DNA of 64,000 nt from an uncultured Gammaproteobacteria bacterium (GTDB lineage Bacteria > Patescibacteriota > Patescibacteriia > Magasanikbacterales > GWA2-37-8), in contig CAZQUL010000001.1 of NCBI GenBank assembly GCA_964596525.1, positions 601,956-665,955 of the forward strand. Reading direction: 5' to 3'. A model generated the notes under the pieces. It searched no databases and had not been told where the DNA came from. It worked only from the letters and a program-made list of their open reading frames with translations. Within the stretch, counting starts at the first letter, position 1. Every line of letters starts with the position of its first letter. Shown one piece after another: positions 1-9,179 of this stretch. The translations under genes and the position numbers were made by a program.

Positions 1-984
1 TTTCTGCCTAAACAAGAAATAGGTAAATGCACGGTCTCTCTCATTGATAGGAATTAAGTTCGCAACTCGTTGGTTTAAAAGATAATTTTCACCATAAACA
101 ACACAAACACGGCCTACGTTGCCAGTAAGAGAAAGCAAAATATCTCCATCCTTTAGTTGACAATGTGCTGGTACTTTCGCCGGTATTTCACTGAGAGAGT
201 CGGTGCATTCAGTTACAAAGTATCCATCCTGAACATTTTTTATAGTAACTAACTTATGGCTTCCATCTTCATCAAACATACTGCTATGAAACGGGAATCC
301 CGATTCGACTCTTATCAAATCTGAAACCTTGCCAATACTCCAACCTTTCGGCAATTCATCACCGAAGTCAACAAACCATTTTTTAAACAACGTGATTGCC
401 AGCTTTTCCAGATTGGCATTGATTTTGTGATTAATCTCTATTTTATCGTCGAGAGAGGAAAGAATACCTGTTATTAGTTTTCTTTCGTCTGGTGTTGGAA
501 TGAGTACCTGAATGTTCTTAAAAGTATCTCTTGTGATCGTATCAAAAACAGCACCATGAGATTTTTGTTTAAAATCGGAAATATAATTTTTAAGAAGATA
601 ATATAGAAAGTCGTTGGCTATCTCATCTTTTGCACTTAACCCATAGCATGATTGGTTGAAAGCCATATCCCTGCCGATTTGGGCAATAACTCCAACCGTT
701 CCACGAGCAGAAATAATTATTTGGCCTTTCTTTAAAATCTGTGTATTGCTTTCATTAAGCCCTTTTTCTGTTATTTTTCTTTCTGAATCGTAAACAAAAC
801 GCTGTCCATTGTTGAAATCTGTAACAGAAAGCCAAGGAATATCTCCGTCCCAATAATCGGTATTGCGTGTGTTTGGTGTTCCACCGCCAAGAATATCTAC
901 AATGTCGAAAATTGATGATATTTTCCAATCATTTGCTGTATTTCGATCATCTTTTTCAATTTTTGTGGCGATTTCCGTTTTCAT
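1..984 (-). CDS. hsdS: Type I restriction-modification specificity subunit HsdS, 3' end truncated by the window edge
   Basis: The minus-strand frame is open from an ATG at 982-984 to position 1. Translation begins MKTEIATKIEKDD...FDIVDILGGGTPNTRNTDYWDGDIPW, the classic HsdS target-recognition-domain signature. It sits 2 nt downstream of the small ORF that follows hsdM. Confidence 0.7.
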   Translation of the reverse strand, partial: MKTEIATKIEKDDRNTANDWKISSIFDIVDILGGGTPNTRNTDYWDGDIPWLSVTDFNNGQRFVYDSERKITEKGLNESNTQILKKGQIIISARGTVGVIAQIGRDMAFNQSCYGLSAKDEIANDFLYYLLKNYISDFKQKSHGAVFDTITRDTFKNIQVLIPTPDERKLITGILSSLDDKIEINHKINANLEKLAITLFKKWFVDFGDELPKGWSIGKVSDLIRVESGFPFHSSMFDEDGSHKLVTIKNVQDGYFVTECTDSLSEIPAKVPAHCQLKDGDILLSLTGNVGRVCVVYGENYLLNQRVANLIPINERDRAFTYFLFRQK

Positions 985-986
985 AA

Positions 987-1322
987 TTAAATTAAATTTT
1001 TCACGATTAGAAACCCGAATGAACAGATAAATATAATGCCGATAGCGAGCATAAGGCCTGTTATTGGATTATGGTGAATTTCTTTCCAAGAAATTAATGC
1101 TGTAGGTCCGGTATAAACGTTCGGCGGCTTAATTGTTGAAAATTTCTTTTCGGCGATCCAATAAGAGACACTAATAAGTAACATTCCAATTCCGAGACCG
1201 AATAGATGTTTGTTTTGTATAAATTCGGCTGTGACAGTAAGTGACATAAAAATAGCCCCCACTCCAAGCAGAAGTATAACTTTCCACCAAGTATCTATTT
1301 TTAAGCTTTCCAAAAATTTCAT
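987..1322 (-). CDS. Small polytopic membrane protein encoded between hsdM and hsdS
   Basis: 111-aa ORF with 3-4 hydrophobic helices, overlapping stop/start with both neighbours. No recognisable family. Confidence 0.4.
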   Translation of the reverse strand: MKFLESLKIDTWWKVILLLGVGAIFMSLTVTAEFIQNKHLFGLGIGMLLISVSYWIAEKKFSTIKPPNVYTGPTALISWKEIHHNPITGLMLAIGIIFICSFGFLIVKNLI

Positions 1323-1324
1323 AA

Positions 1325-2878
1325 CTATTTTATTTCAAAACCAATACTCTTGAGATTTTTGCTTATACGTTCCTCAAGAATTTTTGATTGTTTAAATTGA
1401 TCTGAAAGTTCGGCAGTGACCTTGGTCATTTTTTCCTCGAAAGTACCATCATCCTCTTCCACATAATCAGAACCAACGTAACGGCCTGGAGTTAGAACAA
1501 ATCCGCTCTTTTCAACTTCTTCAATCTTGGCCGCTTTACAAAAACCCTTAACATCCTCGTATTTGCCATTGATTGTTCGCCAAGCGTGATAAACGCCGGT
1601 GATCTTTTTTAAGTCATCGTCGGTAAGCTCGCGATTTTTGCGAGTGACCATTGTTCCCATTTTACGAGCATCAATAAAAAGAATCTCATCGTGACGATTA
1701 CGGAATTTGTGGTCGTAGCGATCACGAGAAACAAACCAAAGACACGCTGGAATTTGTGTCGTATAGAAAAGCTGGCTTGGGAGAGCGACTATACAGTCAA
1801 CTAAACCATTCTGAATAAGGCTCTTTCTGATCTCACCTTCGCCGGAAGTATTTGATGATAGTGATCCATTAGCCAAAACAAAACCGGCAATACCAGTGGG
1901 AGCAAGGTGATGGATCATGTGTTGAATCCAAGCGTAGTTTGCGTTGCCAGCTGATGGTGTGCCGTATTTCCAACGCACGTCATCTTTTAAGCGTTCGCCA
2001 CCCCAGTCGCTAATGTTGAACGGCGGATTCGCCAAAATAAAATCTGCTTTTAAATCTTTGTGTAGATCGTTATGGAAAGTGTCAGCGTTGTTCGGTCCGA
2101 GATTACCTTCAATGCCACGAATAGCAAGGTTCATCTTGCATAGTCTCCATGTGGTCGGATTTGATTCCTGACCGTAAATGGCCAAGTCATGAGTTTGACC
2201 GCCGTGTGCTTCCACGAATTTCTCACTCTGCACGAACATACCACCCGAACCGCAACAAGGATCGTAAACACGACCTTTGAACGGTTCGATCATTTCAACA
2301 AGAAGTTTGACGACAGACTGGGGAGTAAAAAATTCGCCTCCGCCTTTTCCTTCGGCTGATGCGAATCTACCCAAGAAGTATTCATAAACACGACCAAGCA
2401 CGTCTTTGCTTCGGCTGGCTTTATCGCCAAGACCAATCGTACTGATAAGATCAATCAATTCTCCGAGCCTGACTTTATCAAGATCGGGACGAGCGTAATT
2501 TTTGGCCAATACACCTTTAAGGCTTGGATTATCCTTCTCAATCGCAATCATGGCATCGTCAAGCATCTTGCCAATCTCCGGCTTTTTGGCGTTGGCCTTC
2601 AAATATTCCCAGCGAGATTCCTGTGGCACCCAAAATACACCCTCGGCAAGGTAAGCATCCTTGTCTTCTTCTTGGCCGGTGTAATAGTCTTTGTCGCTTT
2701 TAATTTCATTAAAAACTTCCTCAAAAGAGTCGGAAATATATTTGAGGAAAATCAAACCAAGAACCACGTGCTTATATTCAGCCGGGTCCATATTGTTTCG
2801 CATTTTATCAGCCGCCGACCAAAGGGTCTCTTCAAAACCTATATTCGCTCCATTGGTTTTTTTAGGTTGTTTTGCCAT
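1325..2878 (-). CDS. hsdM: Type I restriction-modification N6-adenine DNA methyltransferase HsdM
   Basis: 517 aa. The N-terminus ...[16 protein letters not shown] and the motifs DPCCGSGGM (SAM-binding) and ILANPPFN (catalytic NPPF) are canonical HsdM. Confidence 0.9.
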   Translation of the reverse strand: MAKQPKKTNGANIGFEETLWSAADKMRNNMDPAEYKHVVLGLIFLKYISDSFEEVFNEIKSDKDYYTGQEEDKDAYLAEGVFWVPQESRWEYLKANAKKPEIGKMLDDAMIAIEKDNPSLKGVLAKNYARPDLDKVRLGELIDLISTIGLGDKASRSKDVLGRVYEYFLGRFASAEGKGGGEFFTPQSVVKLLVEMIEPFKGRVYDPCCGSGGMFVQSEKFVEAHGGQTHDLAIYGQESNPTTWRLCKMNLAIRGIEGNLGPNNADTFHNDLHKDLKADFILANPPFNISDWGGERLKDDVRWKYGTPSAGNANYAWIQHMIHHLAPTGIAGFVLANGSLSSNTSGEGEIRKSLIQNGLVDCIVALPSQLFYTTQIPACLWFVSRDRYDHKFRNRHDEILFIDARKMGTMVTRKNRELTDDDLKKITGVYHAWRTINGKYEDVKGFCKAAKIEEVEKSGFVLTPGRYVGSDYVEEDDGTFEEKMTKVTAELSDQFKQSKILEERISKNLKSIGFEIK

Positions 2879-2999
2879 AATGTTTGATTGCTTATTTAAG
2901 CCCTAATTGTACAGCTTCATTGTACCTCCTTGACTATGATATGTCAATAATATATACTGGAAGTGGGAGAATATCCAACTTCCATCAAATAAACTCAAT

Positions 3000-3572
3000 A
3001 TGGACAGCTTAATTGCAAAATTATATCAATCTCCGAAAACGATCCTGAACAATAAGGATTTGGCTTTAATTTGGGAGGAAAACGATCCGATCAAACTAAA
3101 GGATAAAATAGCCTATTATGTGAGGCAGGGTGCTTTAATCCGCTTAACAAGAGGTGTTTTTGCCAAGGATAAGAATTTTAATGCAAGAGAATTGGCAACC
3201 AGTCTCTACACCCCCTCTTATGTCAGCTTCGAAACTGTTCTCCGGGAAGCTGGGGTGATTTTCCAGCACTACGATACGATATTTGTTGTGGCTAAGTGGC
3301 CGAAAACCATAACCGTAGATAAATACACTTTTACCTTCAGAAAACTGAAAGACACAATCTTGTTCAATTCGGCCGGTGTTATCAGCAAGGACAACTACAG
3401 CATCGCCACTCCGGAACGAGCCTTCTTGGATATGATTTATTTATTCCCGAACTACTACTTCGATAACCTGAAGCCAATCAACTGGGAAAAGTGTGAGGAG
3501 TTGGTCAAAATATATAACAACAAGGAATTGATAAAACGCTTGAATAAATACAAGAAAACCTATGCTCAATAG
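3000..3572 (+). CDS. AbiEi-family antitoxin / transcriptional regulator (type IV TA)
   Basis: 190 aa with ...LIRLTRGVFA...YTPSYVSFETVLREAGVI, the AbiEi N-terminal wHTH signature. It overlaps the downstream AbiEii-like gene by 11 nt. Confidence 0.6.
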   Translation: MDSLIAKLYQSPKTILNNKDLALIWEENDPIKLKDKIAYYVRQGALIRLTRGVFAKDKNFNARELATSLYTPSYVSFETVLREAGVIFQHYDTIFVVAKWPKTITVDKYTFTFRKLKDTILFNSAGVISKDNYSIATPERAFLDMIYLFPNYYFDNLKPINWEKCEELVKIYNNKELIKRLNKYKKTYAQ

Positions 3573-4275
3573 AGAAAAACACCAATTAATAATGGGACAG
3601 ATTCTGAAAGACATTTATACCGATGTCTCTATCAGTCCGCTCTTGGGATTCAAAGGCGGTACTTCTGCTTATTTCTTTTACGAACTGCCGAGATTCTCGG
3701 TGGACTTGGATTTTGATTTGCTGGAAGTAACCGAGGAAAACCAAAAGCTGGTTTTTGAAAAGGTGGTCGCCATTTTAAGCAAGTACGGCCAGATCAAGGA
3801 TCAGTACATCAAAAGATTTACAGTATTTGCCTTACTTTCCTACGGTGACGAGGATCATAACATCAAGGTTGAGATTAATGTTCGAAAGCTGGTAGAAAAC
3901 ATCAAAGAAAGCTACGAGCTGAAAGAATATCTCGGCATTTCAATGTTTGTCGCCAAAAAAGACTATCTGTTCGCAGGCAAGCTCTCGGCTTTGACGCTCC
4001 GAACCGAAACCGCCATGAGAGATATTTTTGATATTCACTACTTTGCCAAGAATCACTGGGATATCAATGCTGAAGTGGTTAAAAATCTGACCGGTAAAAG
4101 CGTGAAAGAATACTTGCCGGATTGTATTGCTTACATCGAGAAAATAAAGGACAGTCAGATATTGCAAGGACTGGGCGAACTTATCGACACCGAAAAGCAA
4201 AAGGATTGGGTCCGCAATCACTTGAAAGCTGATGCGGTTTTCATGCTGAAAAATTACATGTCAGTGTTAAAATAA
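3562..4275 (+). CDS. AbiEii/AbiGii-family nucleotidyltransferase toxin (DUF1814)
   Basis: 237 aa. FKGGTSAYFFY...RFSVDLDFD matches the GGT...RFSEDIDF NTase motif of AbiEii toxins. Confidence 0.75.
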   Translation: MLNREKHQLIMGQILKDIYTDVSISPLLGFKGGTSAYFFYELPRFSVDLDFDLLEVTEENQKLVFEKVVAILSKYGQIKDQYIKRFTVFALLSYGDEDHNIKVEINVRKLVENIKESYELKEYLGISMFVAKKDYLFAGKLSALTLRTETAMRDIFDIHYFAKNHWDINAEVVKNLTGKSVKEYLPDCIAYIEKIKDSQILQGLGELIDTEKQKDWVRNHLKADAVFMLKNYMSVLK

Positions 4276-4283
4276 AAAACATT

Positions 4284-4790
4284 ATGGTTAATAAGCAAAA
4301 CAACACATCCGAACCGGAAAAAGAAAAAAGATACCTCAAAAAGTTTGAGATTGTTGAAACCGATGTCGAACTGCCGATTCAAGGACAGGTCCAAGACCCG
4401 GAAGATTTGTATAAATTTCTTAAAGACTTGGAAAACGAAAACGTTTCTAAGGTTATTGGAATTTATCTCGATGACAAAAACCTGTTCCTCGGCCATCAGG
4501 TATTTCTCGGCATGACATCGAAAATTTTTGATACGCAACTTCTGTACCACTATTACGCATTATTTTTGGCAAAGAAGTTTATTCTTCTGATTAATCACCC
4601 AGACTCCATTGACCCGACACCGGATGATGCCGATAAGAAGCTGATGCGAGCATTGCAAGCGGACGCAGGGGTGCTCTCGTTCAAGCCGTTTTTTGCCGAT
4701 TTTATTATCGTGGCCAAGAGATCATACTTTAGTATGGCCATGAATGATGGTACCGCCGGTCACGGCCATCAGCACGTCATCAATGAATAA
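4284..4790 (+). CDS. RadC-like JAB/MPN-domain protein
   Basis: 168 aa. ...ILLINHPDSIDPTPDDADKKLMRAL... is the RadC/JAB metal-binding HxHPSG...PSxxD signature with the characteristic C-terminus. Confidence 0.7.
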   Translation: MVNKQNNTSEPEKEKRYLKKFEIVETDVELPIQGQVQDPEDLYKFLKDLENENVSKVIGIYLDDKNLFLGHQVFLGMTSKIFDTQLLYHYYALFLAKKFILLINHPDSIDPTPDDADKKLMRALQADAGVLSFKPFFADFIIVAKRSYFSMAMNDGTAGHGHQHVINE

Positions 4791-4800
4791 TAAAACAACT

Positions 4801-5013
4801 ATGGACGGTGGAGAAAAATACATGGTAGGTGTCTGGATCGTGGGAGTCATCTCCTTTATAGCGATTTGGATATACGCCCTGGCTTCATGGGGATTTTTAC
4901 TGGGTTTGATGTTTGGCTGGATACCAGCTCTAATCGGCGGAACTATTCTCGGTTTCATCTGGCCATTGGTGGTGCTGGCGGTTATCGGAATTATTATCCT
5001 GATAGCAAAATAG
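4801..5013 (+). CDS. Small membrane protein (two TM helices)
   Basis: ATG at 4801 lies just after the RadC stop. The product MDGGEKYMVGVWIVGVISFIAIW...VVLAVIGIIILIAK is strongly hydrophobic. Confidence 0.35.
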   Translation: MDGGEKYMVGVWIVGVISFIAIWIYALASWGFLLGLMFGWIPALIGGTILGFIWPLVVLAVIGIIILIAK

Positions 5014-5137
5014 TCCCGTTTATTATTTATGCACAGCTGGAACTATTGTTGCTTTTTTCAAAAAGGAGTACAATGCAATTAACAACTAAATAAATTTATG
5101 CCTTACGAGGCATCCTGAAAGGAATTCCGGGTTCAAG

Positions 5138-5188
5138 AGCTCGTGATCCATTATCACTTTTTGTGGTAATCGGTCACGAGCTTTTTTG
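5138..5188 (+). terminator. Rho-independent terminator-like hairpin
   Basis: agctcgtgatc (5138-5148) pairs with ggtcacgagct (5172-5182) as an 11-bp stem with one G-U pair, followed by TTTTTT. Confidence 0.45.
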
Positions 5189-5332
5189 TTTGGTTGTTGC
5201 CAGCTCTCTGTCACTCCTTGAAAAGGTCGACATCACCATCTCGCATAATCGACCTCACACTGCCCGAGCTCACGGGTTCGGGTACATAAAAATATTGCGA
5301 GAGATGTAGGAGTGCCAGAGAATTGAAAATTT

Positions 5333-6352
5333 ATGTTCAGCAAATTTCAAGCATTGCCGAGTTACTTCGGCGGAAAAAGAAAATTGGTCAAGCACATTTT
5401 TAAACCCATCAAAAAGACCGAGGGAGTTTTTATTGATGCCTTCTTGGGAGGCGGATCAGTAAGCCTCTACGCCAAAGCCAAAGGATACAAAGTGATATCA
5501 AACGACATTGCCTTCCGGTCCGTAATTATCGGCCGAGCAATCATCGCCAACAATTCCGTAAAGCTTGAATCCGAGGATCTGGCCAGACTGTTCTTTGAAA
5601 CCAAGAATGACGGCTTTATAAAGAAAAACTACTGCCCGAAAGTATTCACCAGCAAAATATCTGACTTTTTAGATAACGCCTTTGCATCCGCCAACAAGGT
5701 GGAAAATGATACTAAACGATACCTTCTGCTCCATTTATTGATTAAGTTTATTCTTTCGTGCCGACAATTTGGAAAATTTACGCATACCCGGGACACGCTG
5801 GACTTGGAAGCCCGAAAATGGGAGTGGCCTCTCCGGTCCAAGTCTCATGCACCGAAAAACCTGCGGATGATCCAAAACCCGATGCTTACTTTGGAAAAAT
5901 TAAAAGATGAAATAAACCATGGCATCTTTGATAACCATCAGGATAACGAAATACACCAAAAGGACGTGTTTGATTTCCTCAAGACCGTTCAGGGTGATGT
6001 TGTTTATTTTGATCCTCCTTACCCTGGCTCTTCTGCCTATGAAGTCGAGTACGGGATTTTAGACAACATCCTCGCCAATAAAAAGCTGGATAACAAACCG
6101 AGCGGATTCTCCAACAACGATGCCGATGAATTCTTGGAAAAAATGTTTGAATCGGCCAAGCACATTCCGCAGTGGATCATTTCGCTCGGCCAAAATAAAG
6201 AGGACGTGGGAGTAAAGCCGGAAAAGCTGTTGGCGATGGTGCAAAAGTACCGCAAAGCCGAAGTGCAGATGATGGAACACAAGTGGAGCGTGGCCAACGC
6301 CGGAGGTCGAAACCAGAGCAACAACATCGAATACATGATCGTAACTTTATGA
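5333..6352 (+). CDS. Dam-like (D12 class) N6-adenine DNA methyltransferase, orphan, phage-encoded
   Basis: 339 aa. SYFGGKRK near the N-terminus, FIDAFLGGGSV (motif I) and YFDPPY (motif IV). Confidence 0.8.
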   Translation: MFSKFQALPSYFGGKRKLVKHIFKPIKKTEGVFIDAFLGGGSVSLYAKAKGYKVISNDIAFRSVIIGRAIIANNSVKLESEDLARLFFETKNDGFIKKNYCPKVFTSKISDFLDNAFASANKVENDTKRYLLLHLLIKFILSCRQFGKFTHTRDTLDLEARKWEWPLRSKSHAPKNLRMIQNPMLTLEKLKDEINHGIFDNHQDNEIHQKDVFDFLKTVQGDVVYFDPPYPGSSAYEVEYGILDNILANKKLDNKPSGFSNNDADEFLEKMFESAKHIPQWIISLGQNKEDVGVKPEKLLAMVQKYRKAEVQMMEHKWSVANAGGRNQSNNIEYMIVTL

Positions 6353-7158
6353 AAAAAGAAAAAACCGAAATCAAAACAGTGAAAATAAAAGAGTGCGTTC
6401 CGAACTGGTGGAATCCGAACGAAATGAACGCACGCCAATTTACCTCGCTGAAAAAAGCTCTGACCAAATACGGGCAGACCAAACCGATCCAAGTCGGTGT
6501 CTGGCCGAACATGAAAGTCAAAGACGGCTACGTGATCGTGGGAGGTTATCACACTTGGAAAGTGCTCGGCGAACTGGGCGAAGCCGAGATTGAAGCCAAT
6601 ATCCACAATTTCAAGAATGAGGACGAAGCCAAGCTTTATGGATTGACCGATAACATTCACGGATCTAACCAGCAAATAAAACTCGGCAAGCTGGCCTACG
6701 AGCTGACCCAAAACGGATATTCAATCAAAGATATTGCCCAGAGTCTTGGCGAGGAGGATATCAACGTGAAAGATGCTCTCGACTTAGTGAAAGATGAAAT
6801 AGAAAAGAAAATGATTGAGCTTAAAAAAGCCGAGCGAGAAAACACTGTCGTTTTGAATTTTATCGTAGACAAAGACCCGGAAGCATCAGCTGATGAATTT
6901 ATAAAAGCCGTGACTGTATTTGCGAAAGCAAAAGGCGTAAAGGTCGAGAAAGCAGTCAAAGATATTAATAAGCAAAGAGAGACTATCGCCCTAATGAGTT
7001 TCAATGTGACCAATCCGCAAAAGGGCGTGATAGACGAAGCGTTAAATACACTGTCAAAAGAAACAAAAATGACCGAGAGTGAGGCGATCGCCGAGGTGTG
7101 TAGCCGATTTATAAATACACAAAACGGCAACATTCAGAAACAAGATACAACAAAATGA
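6349..7158 (+). CDS. ParB-like nuclease domain protein
   Basis: ATG at 6349 overlaps the MTase stop in an ATGA arrangement. KIKECVPNWWNPNEMN...IQVGVWPN is ParB N-terminal-domain-like. Confidence 0.55.
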   Translation: MKKEKTEIKTVKIKECVPNWWNPNEMNARQFTSLKKALTKYGQTKPIQVGVWPNMKVKDGYVIVGGYHTWKVLGELGEAEIEANIHNFKNEDEAKLYGLTDNIHGSNQQIKLGKLAYELTQNGYSIKDIAQSLGEEDINVKDALDLVKDEIEKKMIELKKAERENTVVLNFIVDKDPEASADEFIKAVTVFAKAKGVKVEKAVKDINKQRETIALMSFNVTNPQKGVIDEALNTLSKETKMTESEAIAEVCSRFINTQNGNIQKQDTTK

Positions 7159-7577
7159 GCAAAAAAGCCGACATCAAGAATGCAAAGTATCAAGAAGCGA
7201 TTCGCCTTAAGTATAACGGTGAGTCTTATCCTGTTATTGCCCGAAAGCTTAAAACCCCGGTCTCGACGGTCGAAAAATGGTTCGCTTTTGGCGGTCTGCT
7301 TAAGGAGGAATACGAACAATACCGAGATGAACAAAACGAAGTCAGAAAATCACAAGCCCAATGGATCATGCACAAGAGCGTTGAAACCGCCGCTTCAATG
7401 CTCGTCGCCCTTATGGGCAGTCCCGATGACGGCGTAAAATTTCGCGCGTGCAAAGAGATACTCGACCGTGAACTCGGAAGCCCCAAAGAAACGATCGAGC
7501 ACAAGGGATTATATGGAACAGGCCTAAGTTATGAACAAATACTCAGAAAAGCCAGAGAGAGACCACCCGACGGTTAA
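7155..7577 (+). CDS. Putative terminase small subunit (HTH)
   Basis: 140 aa with an N-terminal HTH (YPVIARKLKTPVSTVEKW), immediately upstream of and overlapping the terminase large subunit gene. Confidence 0.45.
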   Translation: MSKKADIKNAKYQEAIRLKYNGESYPVIARKLKTPVSTVEKWFAFGGLLKEEYEQYRDEQNEVRKSQAQWIMHKSVETAASMLVALMGSPDDGVKFRACKEILDRELGSPKETIEHKGLYGTGLSYEQILRKARERPPDG

Positions 7578-9177
7578 AACGCTGGTGGATTTCGTGAATT
7601 TTTTCGACGCTGATCCGAGAGAATTCATCGAGGAGTGCCTGTTCATAAAGACCAAAGACCAGCAGACTGTTCCTTTAAATTTTAATACCGCTCAATCCCT
7701 GATTTACAAGAGAATCAAACAGGTGAAAGCCCAAAAGAAGCCGATCCGAATGATTATTCTTAAGGCCAGACAAGAGGGCGTGTCCACGCTTTGCGAGGGT
7801 TTGATATTCGAACGGACAGCGAGGTTTGAAAACACCAATTCATTGATCGTTGCCCACGAACCCGAATCAACCGATGCGATATTCTCAATGAGCAAACTGT
7901 TCTACGACCTCCTGCCGTTTGATGTTAAGCCGATGCGACGGTACGACAACAAAAAGCAGATGGTCTTAGAGAATCCGGATGAGAAAGGCCGAACCAACAA
8001 TCCCGGACTGCGAAGCCGAATGGTCATATCAACCGCCGACAAGACAAAAATCGGTAGAGGTCTGACCATCCACAACTTCCACGGGTCAGAGGTGGCCTTT
8101 TGGAAAAACGCCAAGGCCTTGATGCTCTCAGTACTGCAATCAATTCCGAGTCTGCCAAACACCGCTGTCTTTCTTGAATCAACCGCTAATGGCTTCGGAG
8201 GTGACGGCGAATATTTCTACCAAATGGTGCAAGATGCCCTGGCTGGTAAGAACGAATTTGAGCTTATATTCCTGCCATGGCACCTGATGCCAGAATACAG
8301 CCAACCGTTCGCCAATGAGGCCGATAAAAAGAAGTTTGCCGAAACACTGGATGAATGCGAGAAAGAATTGCTGGCTAAAGAGAATCTGAAATATGAACAG
8401 CTGAAATGGCGTAGATGGGCAATCCAAAACCTCTGCGGTGGCGACACTGACAAATTCAAACAAGAATACCCAGCCACCATCGAGGAATCATTCGTTGCTT
8501 CAAGCAAGGCAGTAATCCCGAAGCAGTACATCGAAGCCCAGAGCAAATTCGTAAGGCAACCGATAAGAAAGCTGGATGACATCCTGATATACGAGGAACC
8601 TAATCTGAACCATTTCTACAGCTTGGGTGCCGATCCGGCCGAGGGTATCGGACAAGACGACTCGGCGATCACAATCATCGACAAGATGACCGGACGAGAA
8701 GTCGGAAGCTACATCGGGCAGATACAGCCAGACTTATTCGCCAAGAAAATCAGACAATCGGCCGAACTGTTCAATAACGCTCTGGCAGTAATCGAAATAA
8801 ACAATCACGGACTGGCGGTAATAAACGCTCTCAAGACCGAATACTCAAACATCTACCAACGGACGGTCTTTGATAAAGCCACGAACACCAAGAGAAAAGA
8901 GCTGGGATGGAAAACGAGCCAAACCACCAAACCTCTGATGGTCGATGACTTTATAGCCGGATTGCGTGACGATGACATCGGACTATCAAGCCAAGCCACT
9001 GTCAGCCAGATGATGACATTCGTTCATACCAGCGAAAGCAACAAATACGGCATGGGAGCGGAAACCGGACAAAAAGACGATGCTTTAATTTCGGCAATGC
9101 TCGCCTGGCAAGGATTAAAAGAACTGCCAAGCGAGATGCCAATGTCACGAAAAGGTCGAACAATAAAACTTTATTAA
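7531..9177 (+). CDS. Phage terminase large subunit
   Basis: 548 aa. ...MIILKARQEGVSTL... is the terminase ATPase Walker-A-like motif, followed by a C-terminal nuclease-like region. Position fits between TerS and portal. Confidence 0.85.
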   Translation: MNKYSEKPERDHPTVKTLVDFVNFFDADPREFIEECLFIKTKDQQTVPLNFNTAQSLIYKRIKQVKAQKKPIRMIILKARQEGVSTLCEGLIFERTARFENTNSLIVAHEPESTDAIFSMSKLFYDLLPFDVKPMRRYDNKKQMVLENPDEKGRTNNPGLRSRMVISTADKTKIGRGLTIHNFHGSEVAFWKNAKALMLSVLQSIPSLPNTAVFLESTANGFGGDGEYFYQMVQDALAGKNEFELIFLPWHLMPEYSQPFANEADKKKFAETLDECEKELLAKENLKYEQLKWRRWAIQNLCGGDTDKFKQEYPATIEESFVASSKAVIPKQYIEAQSKFVRQPIRKLDDILIYEEPNLNHFYSLGADPAEGIGQDDSAITIIDKMTGREVGSYIGQIQPDLFAKKIRQSAELFNNALAVIEINNHGLAVINALKTEYSNIYQRTVFDKATNTKRKELGWKTSQTTKPLMVDDFIAGLRDDDIGLSSQATVSQMMTFVHTSESNKYGMGAETGQKDDALISAMLAWQGLKELPSEMPMSRKGRTIKLY

Positions 9178-9179
9178 AT

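Noticed and set aside
5125-5145. ggttcaagagc resembled a tRNA T-arm (GGTTCRANTCC), a possible tRNA integration target near the prophage left end.
   Set aside because: No acceptor stem, D-arm or anticodon arm can be built around it. The segment is instead the 5' half of a terminator hairpin (5138-5188).
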